Assembly: GCA_013265495.1 (NCBI GenBank)
Contig: MU057744.1
Span: 2,555,370-2,619,369 of the forward strand
Direction: 5' to 3'
Length of the DNA stretch: 64,000 bases
Source: Vicugna vicugna
Taxonomy: Eukaryota
The notes under the pieces: generated by a model
The model's database searches: none
The model's input: only the letters and a program-made list of their open reading frames with translations
Told to the model about the DNA's origin: nothing
In this document: in pieces, positions 12,188-25,651 of the stretch
Numbering within the stretch: position 1 is the first letter of the stretch
Layout of the letters: every line of letters starts with the position of its first letter
Program-made: the position numbers and the translations under genes

Positions 12188-13484
12188 GTACGCTGGTTGA
12201 GTCCACCAGCTATCATCGAGCTCACTTGGACAGATTTTTAACTGAGCTGCTACATTGTTAGGTACTTGCTACACAGCCACACCAATGACACAGTTCTGAC
12301 CTCAAGGGGTGTACTGAGCTTACAGATACTGACTATCCAAGTAGTTTCTAGTGGGCACTGTCTCTAATTTGGGTTTCACCTGAGAAGAAAACACAAAATG
12401 TTTTAAGCAGTGACTGAGTTTAAAAACAAAGACCTATGTTAAAAAAATGGGATCTGTCATGAATCTTTGAAGTATAAAAATGTGTCATTAAGTGGCACAA
12501 GCAAGTAAACCAAAAATAACAGAAAATAATGACAAAGCCATGTGTTTTATAATGATCATTTTAACATGTTAATATTTTGCAGATGCATCCCAGAGATGTT
12601 TACTGATTTTTAAAAGATTATTACATTACAGTTGAAATTGAAGCCACATTTCTAATTTCATCCGCCTTTATTCCTTATATCTCATAAATAATCAATAAAC
12701 AAAATGTGGTTTTTATCCTTTCCATTTGTGTTTTTGTACCTTTCCTACATATGTGTGTATCCATAACTAATGTACTTTTACTATTAAAATTTGCATAAGG
12801 GAACATATATGTTAAGTTACTTTATTGACACTGCTGTTTAGTGATCTGTCTGTAAATCATAATTTAATTCCTCTATTTATTAGTGTAATTTTGTTTTATT
12901 TTCCTTCCTTCTTTTCTTTCTCCTTTCATTCCCAACAGCATTCTAATGTACATTCTTCTATGTGCTTTGCTGTGTACAAGTGTTTTTATGGTATGTATAC
13001 TTAGAGGCACTTAACCTAGGATGTTGACATCTTTATTAAGTTGACCTGATACTTGGAAATTGCTCTCCAAAGTGGTTGAACTGATGTATACCCCCACCAG
13101 AATTATCAGAGCATTCCTGTTTTCCCACATAAGCATCAACACTTAGTATTATAAGACTTTCAACACTTCTAACAGTTTGTTATGCATGGAATTGCATTTC
13201 TGTTCTAATTTGTCTAAAAACTCACAAGAGGTTGAACCTCTTTCGTATTTGTCACTTGGACTTTCTCTTCTGAAAATTGCTTCTTTGTCCTATTTCTGGA
13301 ATTTTTTTTGGTTTAGACTGTGAAGGGTGGTGATTTGGAGATGTGCAAAGCAACCCCTTTTGCCCCAGCACGTGATAAGCTCACACCCTTGTAGAGCTGC
13401 AGACTTTTAATGATCATGTGGAAAGACAAATGGTTTTCTTGAAAGGAAAAAAAAATTTTTTTTCAATTTCATCTATCATCCAAG

Positions 13485-13615
13485 TCATGCATATAGGAAT
13501 ATTAAATCTCTTGGAATATGAGGTCATCAGTAAAGTCACGGATCCCCAAGTGTTTATTGCACTGTGAGAAACAGGACTGGTTGATGCAATGCATAGAAAA
13601 TATGGGGATAAAAGG
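13485..13615 (+). pseudogene. Pseudo-exon, phase 1-0 (alternative acceptor at 13497)
   Basis: MHIGILNLLEYEVISKVTDPQVFIAL*ETGLVDAMHRKYGDKR, then donor AGG|GTAAAG. One TGA. Confidence 0.5.
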
Positions 13616-16600
13616 GTAAAGAGATTGTTACTGTGCTTAAGAACTCTAGTTTTATAGCATAGTCTTTACATGAAAAAGAAATTAAGTACCTCCTTGTCTG
13701 AGAAGGAAAACGCAGTGATATGGAATGTAGGACCAGATTGTTATCTTGCTGTTTTATTTATTTGGCAGCAACTACAGGTCTTTTGTTAACTTCTTTAGAG
13801 GGTTATGTAGACTCACCACATAATGTATATGTTAAGATACCAGCTAATAAGAGCAACAGCTGTGATTGTCATTGCAGCTCTCCTCCAGGCTGTGATTTAG
13901 GGACACAGGTTCCTCCCATCCAATGACCTACCTTGTCATCCCCAGAGGGTCTAAGGGTACTCTGCCTCTGCAGGTGGGAAATGAAAGGGTGAAAATGAAC
14001 ATGCACTTCCCAACTCTTTGGTCTAAGGTGACCCATGTCACTTCAGCTACTATTTGTGAGTAAGAAGTAGTTACATGGCATCACCTAGTCTTAGAAGGAG
14101 AAGTTGCCTCTGGCTAGGAAGATGTTTTCAACAGCTCTGTAGTATAGAAAGAGTAATCACAAATTTGGAGAGCTAATAGGCATCTCTGTGACATAAGAGT
14201 GCTTGCTTTATAATTTTAGTATTGACAACATCTTTTACAAAGCACTCAGTTGGCATCCTGGTTGTTTAGTTTAATACACAGAATCCAGATCCATCTCCTG
14301 TTAGCATTGCCTCTCCAGCTTCGTGGGATAATGTGTTGAATGGTAGAGAAAATTTCTAGTTTCCAAATCTTTTCTCTCACTTTTTCATCTTAATACCTAA
14401 TCAATTATTCTTGTAAGTGTTAAGTCAAATTTTACTTTATTTGATATTTGTTGACACTACCCAGCACTTGATTTAGCTTCCCTTCTTTTGTGATCCAACA
14501 TCACCGAATAACATCTCTATATTTCCTCTACTAAACTGGGCTACGGTCTTGACGTTTGGCTACCAATCTGGGCTGTAAGCATCCTCTGGGCAGAGAACAT
14601 GTGTAAATTCTGCCCCAGTACAATTCTGAATCAGTCCAAGTGTTGTAGACTGAGTAGTGATTTGAGTGAATAAATTAATATACCTAATCTCACTTCTCAG
14701 TTAAGGAGAAGGATGTTTTGGATCCATAAGGCAGGAGATCATATTGGTCTTGTCCCACATTTGCCCCCAGTGCTAACCATCCCTAAACAGTAGTAACCAT
14801 CCAGTATATATTTGTTGAATGAACAAACATGAACTCAAATAGGGCTGGAGTCTTTGGGGCAGGGGTAGAGGGGTAACCAAAATTCCCCTAAAGGGTAAGG
14901 GGACCAAAGTCTCATAAGTCAGATATCACAGGTGTGAGTGGAGAGCAAGACATATATCCAAGTGGTAGGATCTGAAGATGAGATGGTAATGCAGAGTAAT
15001 TCAGGAAATCCTGAAATGAGCTGGAGTGCTTGCTTCCTTAAATCGGTTGAGTGCAGTGGGAGGCAGCCACAGCTGTCCAGTTACATGTTGTCTACAGCTG
15101 TGCTCGTGCTACAACATCAGACTTGAGTAGTTGTGACTGAGGTCAGGCCTCAAATATGCTTACTCTTTGGACCTTTAGAGAAAATGTTTGCTGACTTCAG
15201 AAAAGATGTCATAGTTGAATTAAATCTTGTAAGTATGAGTATGGAGTGCTTATGGGATGCTAAGATGAGGTAGAGAAAACGTGACCATTGGGCTAGTTAG
15301 GATACAGATCTGATTGTGTTAAAGGAACAAGAAACTCAAGTAAAACATTATGAAGAACGTAGGTAACACACAAAAACATCTCATCTTTTTCACATGGGAA
15401 ATGGGAAGATCTGAATACATTTTGGTAGGTTAATAGCACAATCACTTTCGAGCTTTAGGAAGATTACCCTGGCAGCAGTGTGTAGGATACATTGGAGTGA
15501 ATCTAAGCCAACTGTGTTCTTGGCTTAGGTTCATCTCAGTCTAATGGATGCAGCTCAGCATATAAATGCCTGAACTCTTTTCATAGAGATTCTGATCTGG
15601 TTTATCTGAAGGGAAAACTGACATTGACATTTTTAAAAACCTCCTTAAGTGATTTCTATTATATATTCCTGATTAAAAGCCACAGTACCATACCATTTAG
15701 AAACCACTAAAATTGTTTTGATGTAAGAAAAAGATGTGAATTAGGGTAGTCTCAGCAGGGGTAGGAGGCTGGGAGACACATCAGTATTGTTAAGAGGTTG
15801 AATATATAGGATCAGTGGTTAGTTAAATGTGAGAGATTACATAAATTGGGGCAGGTTTCAAGCTTTAGGTAGCTGCTAGTACCATTCATAAAAATAGAAA
15901 CACTAGGTGAAGGGAAAATGAAAATAAAATTTAATACATAAAGTTTGAGGTATAGTTGGTGTATCTGAGTGGAGGCTTCCCACTAGGTAATGGGATCCAC
16001 AGGTTTCGTGTTCAAGAAAAGTTTGGAATTAACTTGAATACTGAAAAGCTACAAGGATAGATGTGGTCGCTGAAGTCCTAATGACAGATGCAGTTTGTCA
16101 TGGAAATTGTATGGAATATACAAAGAAGGCTCAGGAAGAGAATCACAGGAAACACCTACTTCCCAAGGGCATGAAGAGCTTCTGGATGGAAATAGCCTCC
16201 CAGTTTGGAATAGAGAATTTTTGTATTTCTGGCTATGAGAGCTGACTTGCATTAGACAAGCACTTCTGCTGAGAACAGCTATAAAAGTTGGGAAAAATAC
16301 AAAAACTGTCTGAAGCCATCAGACATCTACCACGGCTGTGAGGACGTGAGGGACTGAGAGGGTTGAGCTTAATGTCCAGCAGTGCTTTTCCCATTGAGAC
16401 ATTTTTCAGTTTGTAAGTGGCTACCAAAAGTCTAAGAAGCCAAAATACAAGGTGGCAGTTAAGAGGCTGAGAAACTAAATAGAGATTTCTGAAGATCCAT
16501 GGGAAGAAGGAGACAAAAAAACAGAGATAAAATCCTGTCTTTTTGATAATCAAACCAGGACTTTAAGAATCAGCTCATCAGAAGGGCTTTATCTTAAGAA

Positions 16601-17576
16601 AAAGTGCAAAACTAAAAATAAAATAGCCCTCAAACTTAGAGAATTTAAAGCAGTCACTATAATAGTTCATGCAAAATATTGAGCATTTGATCATATATTA
16701 CCAGTCATATGAAAAGATAAATCTCTAATGACCAAAAGTCAAGAGAAAACTCCCAAGAATCTGCTGCTGCATTTTTTTGAAAATAGAAATTAAAATAACT
16801 ATAATAACATCTTCAAGAAAATATAGGACAACATCAAGAATTTTAGCACTGAGTAGACTGAAAACAGTCAAATAAAAAAGTTTAGAACAGAGAATGTAAT
16901 AACTAAAATTAGCAAATCTATAGGCAGGTTAATTAGAAAATTAGACATAGTTGAAAAGATCAGTAGTGAATTGGAACATAGGTTAGTAGAAAACACTCAT
17001 ACCACAGAGCAAAAAGTAAAAAGAAAAAAAAATATAAAGAAGATGTTAAGAGATGTATGAGACACACTGAAAAGGTTTATAAATGTGCAATTGGAGTAAC
17101 AGAAAGAAAGAAGAGGCAGAAATTAGGTAGAAATAATCATTGGAAAGATAATGACCAAGAATTCCCTGAACTACAAATATACATCAAGCCAGAAAATAAA
17201 AACTTCAAAACCAAATAGAATTGCAAAAAGAAAGAAACCACACACAGAAAGATCACAGTTACACTAATGAAAATGAGAGAGAGAATATCTTAAAAGCAAC
17301 CAAATAAAAAAAAAATACATGTTCATTTCCAAAGACAGTGGAGTCTTGTTTGCATTATCTATTGACATGTTACATACCAATCTCATATTCAGAAAATAGA
17401 AAATATGGAAACATGTCCCAGTGTTTTACAAGTGTAGCTTTGATGTTTAAAACCTGATAAGTACATTATAAGAAAAGAAATTACAGTCCAACCTCTCTCA
17501 TAAACATACATGCAAAAAATCCTATACAAATATTAAACAAAGCAAATCCAGGAATATATACAAAGGATAATACATT

Positions 17577-18133
17577 TGTGCAGAAAAGAGCTAATATAGC
17601 AGGCCTGACATAGCTCATGGTTGAAGGACCGACCTGTTTACAGGATGAGCCTTGGCTGACGTCCGGGACCCTAGATTCCAAGAGGGTTTTCCCCCCATTC
17701 TCTGATAAGAATGACTTCTTGTGTCTGAACAGGCTGTGCAGAAAATATGGTTGATACTGAACATCTGCGTTTCTCCTGGGAGTTTGACATTTTAGTACAT
17801 GCAGGGCAGAGGATGCCAGCATGACCAGCCCCCAGTAAATCCCTGGGCACTGAATTTCTGATGAGCTTCCTGGTGGACAGCACTTCACATGTGCTGTCAC
17901 AGCGTGTTGCTAGAGGCTTCGAGTGCATCTGTGTGCCTTCACTGGGCGAGGACCCCTGGAAGCTTGCTCTCGGGTTCCTCGGGAATGTGCCCCATGGGTC
18001 CTTTACTTCAGCTGGCTTCCCTCCTTGTCCTTCACTGTACTAGACCACAGCTGTGAGTGCGACTGTGTGCTGGGTATCAGGAGCCCACCCTGGGAATCTT
18101 TCAGCCTGAGACTGGCCTGGGGACCCCTACACA
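17577..18133 (+). mobile_element. ERV solo LTR, MER21-like
   Basis: Starts TGTGCAGAAAAGAGCTAATATAGCAGGCCTGA and ends GGGGACCCCTACACA, with TG..CA termini. Interrupts the L1. Confidence 0.75.
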
Positions 18134-18701
18134 GCACCAAAACCAAATTGTTCTTGCTGTTTGTTTCCATAAATGAAAGGTTTTTTAACATTTGACAGTC
18201 ACTAATGTATGTACTACATTAAAAGTAAGAAGAAACTTATATGATCATTTGGGTAGATGCAGAAAAAGTATTTGAACACTTCACTATCCAGTTGTAATTA
18301 AAACATTCTTAGCAAAGTATGAGTAGAAGGAATTTCCTTTGGCTAGAAGGTATCAACAAGAAATCTACAGTAAACCTCATACTTAATGTTGAAATATTGA
18401 AACTTATTTCCCTAAGATAAAGAGTGAGACAAGGTCCCACTACTGTCATTTCTTTGTTCATGTTCAGGAAAGTAACACAGGAAAAAGGAATACAGATTGG
18501 AAGCAAATACATTTGTTATCCATAAATGATATGAATGTACACATAGAAAATTTTAAAAATAATCAACAGGTAATGTGTTAGAATATGTAGGTGAATTTAA
18601 CAAGGCCACTAGATATGAGATCATTATATAAAAATCAATGTATTTGTAGATTCCAAGAATAAACATTCAGAAAACAAAGTTTGATAAACAGGGCACCATT
18701 T

Positions 18702-18810
18702 CCTATTTATCTTTTTTTAATGTTTTTTTTTTTAATTTAAATGGAGGAAACTGGAGATTGAACCCAAGAGCATGCAGTCTACCACTGAGCTTTTTCTCTA
18801 CCCACCCCCC
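18702..18810 (-). mobile_element. tRNA-derived SINE remnant, camelid Vic-1-like
   Basis: T-rich tail followed by GGAGGAAACTGGAGATTGAACCCAAG..GCATGCAGTCTACCACTGAGCT..CCCACCCCCC (B-box and A-box remnants on the minus strand). Confidence 0.65.
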
Positions 18811-19747
18811 GCCAATATAATCTTGAAAAACGAAAGTTGGAGAACTTGTACTAAAAAAAAATTTTTTCTTACTGCAAAGCTATGCTAACACAATGTTTTT
18901 AGGAAAAAAGATGAATATAATAGATGGCTCAGCTGCAGTTCCACAGATATTTTAAACATTAGATTTGTGACACAGGTGACCCGCAGTGAGGAAAGAACAG
19001 TTTTTATAAAGTAGTGTGGTGTAAATTGGATTCTATTTGAGGAAAATAAACACATGACTGGTCTTGACCCTTTCATCACACCATGCAAAAATAAAATCTG
19101 ATTTAGGTGAGTTGCAGTGTTTGTGGGGATGTGGAATAACATTAATTGTGGAATAAAATTGTTAAATCATTTTAGAAAATTGTTTGGCAGCACTTAGTAA
19201 AGCTAAACATACGCCTAGCCTATGATTCAGCAGTGCTACTCCCAAGTAGAAGCCAGTGAAGATGTATACAAGTGTATCCATTGGGCACATATAAGTATGT
19301 TTCACAGCACATGTTATCAAAATAGCTCCAAACTGGAAACCACCAAGTAGTCTATCAACATTAGAATGGATGAATAAATTGTAGCATATCCATGTAAACG
19401 AAGTTTATATCACGGTGAAAGTGAACAAAAATATGTACACAAATGCTGCAGACAAATCTCAGATATGCAAAGTTACATGGAAAAAGCTCAGTGCTTAAAG
19501 ACTCCATGCTGTGTAACACTCTCCTCATTTTACTAAAGATAGGGAGCTGGAGAAACTCGACACGTCAGATATTCCTATTTTGTAATAACAGCCATGGTGT
19601 CACATCCCGGGGATTCAGTAGTCAGCAGTAAACAGTTGGAGTCAAATTTATGTGTGTTTTTGCTTTTGCCTTTTAAACCTAAGGTATAAATCAGTATACT
19701 TCCTCCCTAAAAGAAGTGATAGTGAAATAATTGTGTATTATACATAG

Positions 19748-20507
19748 AATTATATTTTAAAAAATCCATGGCATTCTCTTACTCCTCTGATAACAAGGTA
19801 TAAATCACAACCAAAAATGATTTCTCTTTCATAATAAAAAAAATCAAATACTGAATAATTAATATATCTTGGAGATGCATACAAGTGTATGAAACAACAT
19901 GAGTTTCTTAGAAATATGGGAGACAATTCCATTTTATCATAATCCTATTTTTAAAAACAGTATTTTTAAAGAATTATCAGTTTGAGCAAACTCAAAGTTT
20001 CGACTATACGAGACTATCAAAGTGTAATATCAGAATATATCAAAGGAACAACAAAAGTTGAGTGTTTTGGGATACCATGAAATAGAGTATATAAAAACTT
20101 TAAGTAAAAATAAAGATAAAAACTTTTAAACAGGAGAATGTTTGGTGTGTAAAATAAAAGAAAACCTGAAAGGCATGAGGTTCCAGTGATGCTGATGTGT
20201 GAAAATATAATGAAAAACCAATTGTTTTAGTCATAAGAGTTGAAAAGGAATTACAGCTATCTAAAATTTCAGCATTTACAAATACAAATGGGCACAAATA
20301 CAGTGATACATCATTTTACAAAGAAAATTTGAAAATGTATAAATCAGCTTGTATCACATCAATCTTCATGAAGAAAGAAATTCCTGTTTGTGTGATATTA
20401 CAGAAAAAATTATAAAATATGCATTATATAGTGATATTGAGGAAATTCAAAACCAATCATATCATCGGATGCTTATATTAAATTCTGAGAAAAATATAGC
20501 ATTTTTG
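19748..20507 (+). pseudogene. Large pseudo-exon (760 nt) with frameshifts and stops
   Basis: TACATAG|..TTG|GTAATT. Successive frames read NYILKNPWHSLTPLITRY.., MSFLEIWETIPFYHNPIFKNSIFKELSV*.., a ~70-codon stop-free KYNEKPIVLVIRVEKELQLSKISAF.., and a ~57-codon ..LCDITEKIIKYALYSDIEEIQNQSYHRMLILNSEKNIAFL, all in very AT-rich DNA. Confidence 0.65.
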
Positions 20508-21438
20508 GTAATTTAGACCCTGTGACCACGCCGACTAGAGATTACCTGGTTTACTTTTGAAAGAAAGAAAGAAAAACCTTTAAAAATCTTTTTCAAAATC
20601 AATTAAGACATGCCAGTATTGCATAATGGTAAGTGTCCTACTTGGAAACCAAGACATTAAATTATATATGGTTCTAAACAAATCCTTTAATATGTGTTGT
20701 GGTTTACTAATCTGTAATTAATAAAGATTGGTTTGTGTTTTTCTACTTCTTAAATACTGGTGCAATCTAGCCAAAGACAGGTGTCCTGGGTCCTTAGTTT
20801 GAGATTAAGCATCTGGGTCAGATACTCAGAAGCCTTAAAGGACTTTCTTAACCTCACTGGAATTTAATGTGCCTTCCTGTGAAATGAAGCAGTTGGACTA
20901 AGTGATGCTTAAGATTCTTTCATTTCTAACATGCTGTGTCCCGATTCTGCTGCTTCTAAGTGACAGCTGATTCATGAGACAATCACTTAAGTAGCTCTTT
21001 GGCATTCCAGGCTCAAAAAGCTATGAAAGCATAACTAATATAACATCTTACTTCAGTATTATTTCTTCATGCCTTTCCTCGCCGTTTCTTCTCCTCAAGT
21101 TTGTAGTCAAAGGCATTTTCTCACTCGGGCAGTTTTATCCCCTTGATATCACACTGAACCAGAAAAGAAATAGCCCTTTCCAAAATAGATGTATATTGAA
21201 TAGATCTGTCTCTTGTTTTTTTTCCCTTTTGTCAGGCAATTTAATGATCTATACCAGTTTGAAATCCCAGGCATTAAATTATTGACGTGTGAAACTGTCC
21301 AGGGAGCACAGAGAAGGTTTGATTTTTATTTTCTTGACAGAGGTGGTTTTATTCTTTGTCAACGCTGGTGGACTTCTTTAATGCTGCTGCTGTTGCTACT
21401 GTAATAGAACCCGATTTCAGGTGTTCCAAGGGTGGGGT

Positions 21439-21963
21439 GTGGGGGGTCTGGAATAAACCAGTGGCATAAAAATTATTTTAAGCTGAAGGCATTTGAGTTC
21501 CTGAAATCCCTACCTCACTGCTTAAATGCAGAGAGTCTGAGAATAACCCGTGTCATAAATTCCTTCCCCAGAACAATTTCAGTCTTCTCTTATCAGAGAT
21601 GAGAGGTCAGCGCTACAAACACACATTGTCACGAAAGTATCAAATCTCCTGTCTAGTCTTGTAAGGGCCAAGTTACATTTCCAAAAGCCATTTGCTTTTC
21701 CATAAGTGCCCTCTATCCTCCTCTTCAAATAGGTCATTTATTCTCCCAGAAGTACCCCATGCCCCTTTGTATCCCCTATTAAAATAGTGTGTAAACCCCA
21801 AATTCTAATCTCCTCTTCGAGTAACAATTCTTTGTGTCTCCAGTGCATATGTATGTAATTAAATCTTTTGTTTTCTTTTGCTAATTGTCTCCTGCCAGTT
21901 TAATCTGCAGGCCTGCAACAAATGCACCCTAGAGAGTAGAGGGAAAGTTTGTTCTCCTCAGCA
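21439..21963 (+). mobile_element. ERV1 solo LTR, MER34/MER39-like
   Basis: TGGCATAAAAATTATTTTAAGCTGAAGGCATTTGAG near the 5' end, ATTAAA signal, and GAGTAGAGGGAAAGTTTGTTCTCCTCAGCA at the 3' end. Confidence 0.7.
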
Positions 21964-22529
21964 CTTGCTGTCTGGTGGGTCTTTTTCTTATTAGGCAACA
22001 ACTTGGCTGATCTGCAGTATCAGTACATGAAATTCATTTCCTTGGAAACTTTCAGTTTCTGGAGAGAAGAACCCTCAAATCTCAGGTCGTGGGGCATATC
22101 CAGGAGAGGAGAGAGAAGGTGCAAAGCGTCTTGCGGCTCACGAGGGCACCTCTCACCTTCTCCTCCTGCTTTCATGCCTGTGCTTACTTGTCTCAGGGGC
22201 TCTTGGTATTACTGAGCCCAGAGCCTTCCTGCTTAAATTTTTAAAAAAATTAAACGTGGGATCCACTCCTGTGAGAGGCAAGGGTGAGTGGGCTGATACG
22301 CTGCTATTTGAAAGATGCTGGTAGGTTTCTGGTGGTCCAGCTTTCCTGTCCTGGCAGTCTCTTTATTTGTGAGGGGTCATGGCTTTCTCATTTCTGCATT
22401 GTAATTTTAGTGAGATTTCAGAGGGAAAGCAAGTGACTGTGTATGAGGATTCCCCTGTGTTTAACCATGTCACCTGTGGTAATCCTGATCAAGTCAGCCA
22501 ACTCCTTCTTTTTCCTTTTTTAAAATTTA

Positions 22530-23250
22530 GTGTTTGTCTTCCTTGGAGAATTGCTTGTTCAAGTCTTTTGCCCATCTTTGGAATGGGTTGTTTGGTTGTT
22601 TCTTATTAAGTCGTATGAGCTGCTTACATATTCTGGAGATCAAGCCTTTGGCGGTTTCATTTGCAAAGATTTTCTCCCATTCCGTAGGTTGTCTTTTTGT
22701 TTTACTTATGGTTTCCTTTGCTGTGCAGAAGCTTGTAAGTTTCATTAGGTCCCATTTGTTTATTCTTGCTTTTATTTTATCTAGGAGAAAATTTTTGAAA
22801 TGTATGTCAGATAATGTTTTGCCTATGTTTTCCTCTAGGAGGTTTATTGTATCTTGTCTTATGTTTAAGTCTTTAATCCATTTTGAGTTGATTTTTGTAT
22901 ATGGTGTAAGGGTGTGTTCTAGCTTCATTGTTTTACATGCTGCTGTCCAGTTTTCCCAACACCATTTGCTGAAGAGACTGTCTTTATTCCATTGTATATT
23001 CTTGCCTCCTTTGTCGAAGATGAGTTGACCAAAGGTTTGTGGGTTCATTTCTGGGCTCTCTATTCTGTTCCATTGGTCCATATGTCCATATGGACCATCT
23101 GACTTACTTCACTTAGTATGACATTCTCCAGGGCCATCCATGTGGCTGCAAATGGCATTATTTTATTAGTTTTTATGGCTGAGTAGTATTCCATTGTATA
23201 AACCACCACAACTCTTTATCCAGTCATCTGTTGATGTATATTTAGGTCCA
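22530..23250 (-). mobile_element. Young L1 fragment, rearranged (3' UTR piece placed ahead of the ORF2 piece)
   Basis: Open 184-aa L1 ORF2 C-terminal frame ([17 protein letters not shown]..) at 22527-23081, plus a 3'-UTR piece at ~23098-23247 on the same strand. Confidence 0.9.
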
Positions 23251-23268
23251 TTATTATGGTTTTATAAG

Positions 23269-23446
23269 AGTGAAATGATTCAATTTGCAAAGAAGAAACA
23301 TTATTTAAGAAATAGTGACTATGCAATGGCTAAGGTAAATAAAGGTAAAGGAAGATTAAGATAATGTATTGAAGAAGCTTTCTCATGGAGACACTATATC
23401 AATGAATATCCTAAACTTGGTAACCAAATTTTAAAATATAAACTTC
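23269..23446 (+). pseudogene. Pseudo-exon, phase 0-1
   Basis: SEMIQFAKKKHYLRNSDYAMAKVNKGKGRLR*CIEEAFSWRHYINEYPKLGNQILKYKL, donor C|GTTAGT. One stop in 59 codons and in phase with the 20507 donor. Confidence 0.6.
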
Positions 23447-23732
23447 GTTAGTTTCTGAGGGGGTGATACTGAAGGGTCCAACCATCTCCTTAGGGCTCCG
23501 TTTTCTGAAGTGCAAATAAAAATCACTTCAAAGGGGTGTAAGGATTAAATAAAATAATCCATGTAAATTACTTAGCAGAGTGCCTATTGTGTAGTAAGAA
23601 TTAAAGAACTGGTAACTGTTACAGATACCAGATATCTGTTCTAGGAGCTATGGGAAATGGATAGAATTATTGCAAATAACCATGGTAGATTTTGAAGGTA
23701 AAGAGTTCGCAATATTTGAAAATTTCTCCTAG

Positions 23733-23821
23733 TCTGTCATGAATATGATTAATGATATCTTGTCCTGCTGCTTCATCAAAATACTATGAAACTTTTGCAA
23801 CAAGGGGAAATTAACTATTAG
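23733..23821 (+). pseudogene. Pseudo-exon candidate
   Basis: Acceptor AATTTCTCCTAG. Phase-1 reading (L)CHEYD**YLVLLLHQNTMKLLQQGEINY, weak donor. Confidence 0.35.
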
Positions 23822-24819
23822 GTTGAGTTTTTTTTTTTTTTTTGCTTAGAAAGTTAATACTCAGAACAATCATTATTCGTTAAAAAAAGTATTTTATTTC
23901 ATATATTTGCTATTTTTGATCATTTCCATAAAAGATTGCAGTAATTTACCACTTTTATGTGAGGCCCTCGAGCATCTTTTTCCTGTGTTCATAAACTCCT
24001 CGTGTCCTTGCCTCTAAGTTTCTGCTTTCTTTTATGGACCTTGACCTTGACCAATGATAACAGCTACTGCTTATGAGAGGGAAAAAGCCGTTAGCCATTC
24101 TTTCTTCTCACTGGTAGGATCTTAGATGCTGCTGCTGCTGGAGATAGTACTGTGAGGGTGTTTTAGTTAATGAAGCACCCCACAAACACCCCACCAAATG
24201 TTCTTGTATTGCTTCCTGAGAAACAGGCCCTTTTAGGTAGTAAAAACTCATTTCCTGTTGTTGGTAATATAAACACTTTACCTTTCCTCCATCTTTTACT
24301 AAAAAAAAAAGTCTGATTGCTTTCATAGTAATTTACAGCTTTGAAAGAGGGTGAGAAGGGATCTGGGAAGAAGAGGAGACATTTGTTGAATTTTCACTTG
24401 TTCCTACTTGATTAACAGTTTGTTTTGGAGGGAGGTTGTGACAAGGATGTCGTGTGTAGCTGCTAATGATTTCAGTTGTTTCTAGTCACTGGCTGCTCCC
24501 ATTTGCAGACATAAGACAAAGTGGACCATTTTACCTCTGTTCTGGTGTATTAATTCTGCAAAACAAAAACCAAAAAAGATGAAGGACCACCCAAGGGGAC
24601 AATGAAAATGCCAGCGTTATCTATGACAATGGTTTTACTCAGAGTAGTACTAAAACAATTTTTGCTCTGATGGTTCTTGGAGGATTAAAGAGAACTTAGG
24701 CTGGCTTGGGACACAAAATAAAATACGAGGTTTGATTTCGAAAAAGAAAGGAGACTAACTTTGTGAGATGACTGCTGTGAGAAAACATGTTGTCACTGCA
24801 TTCACGTTTACAGTAAACA

Positions 24820-25098
24820 CTAGCTGCGGTTACCAGGTGGGGGGATGGAGGGAGAGGGATAGATTAGGAGTTGGGGATTAACAGACACACGTTGCTATAT
24901 AAAATAGATAAACAAGGACCTACTGTATAGCACAGGGACCTATATTCAACTTAAAGTAATGAGACATAATGGGAAAGAAACTGAAAATATATTTGTGTTT
25001 GTATGTATATGTGTAATTGAATCACCTTGCTGTACACCTGAAACTAACATTGTAAATCGACTATACTTCTATAAAAAATAAGAATTTAAAAAAAAAAA
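24820..25098 (+). mobile_element. L1 3' end with A tail
   Basis: GGGATAGATTAGGAGTTGGGGATTAACAGA..CAAGGACCTACTGTATAGCACAGGGA..TGTACACCTGAAACTAAC. Confidence 0.85.
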
Positions 25099-25651
25099 TT
25101 TTCTCCACCCCTCCCTACTCCATGTTTTCTTTTCTGAGAAAACTGAGAAAAAGAATGTTTAAACAGATAGATTCAGGTCACTTCACTAATAAATGGCAGA
25201 GTTAGTATTTGAACTTAACCCTGCGTGGTTTCTAAAACAAGGTGCTTCCCAGAGTGACTCATCAACAATGGATGGAAAAACAGTGTACGCAAGCCTTTAG
25301 CTTGCAGTGAAAATTAAAGACTTGAAAACACTGAGAAACATGAAGACTGAGTGAGATGGCTTTGTTTTGTTTTAATTTTGCATAAGGGGATTAATGATTA
25401 CCTTTTCTGAGTATTCTTCTCTGAGATTGGTTAAAACAAATGTTCTGTTCTTCGTAGATGAAAACTGAAGGTGTTTTACGTTTGGTGCATATCCAGCTAT
25501 TTTCAGGCTCGCGTCCTGGCAGTAAGATGACTTTTTCTGGTAACTCCTGGTGAATATGAAACTCTTCCCTATCTCTCGAGTTATTTCAACCATCAGGATT
25601 GACAAGACTTTCCCTTATATTTTCTTCTAGAAATTTTAAGTTCTTTGCTCT

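Larger units (their letters stand above)
16650..19520 (+). mobile_element. Old fragmented L1M (ORF1 to ORF2/3' pieces) interrupted by MER21 and a SINE
   Basis: A-rich L1-like motifs (TGCAATTGGAGTAACAGAAAG, GATCATTTGGGTAGATGCAGAAAAAGTATTTGA, AATAGCTCCAAACTGGAAAC). Confidence 0.7.

Noticed and set aside
24509..25610. Additional acceptor-led, stop-poor stretches at ~24509 and ~25458 (also ~48492, ~52357 and ~52915)
   Set aside because: Frames and donors are ambiguous. They could be further fossil exons but cannot be supported without homology
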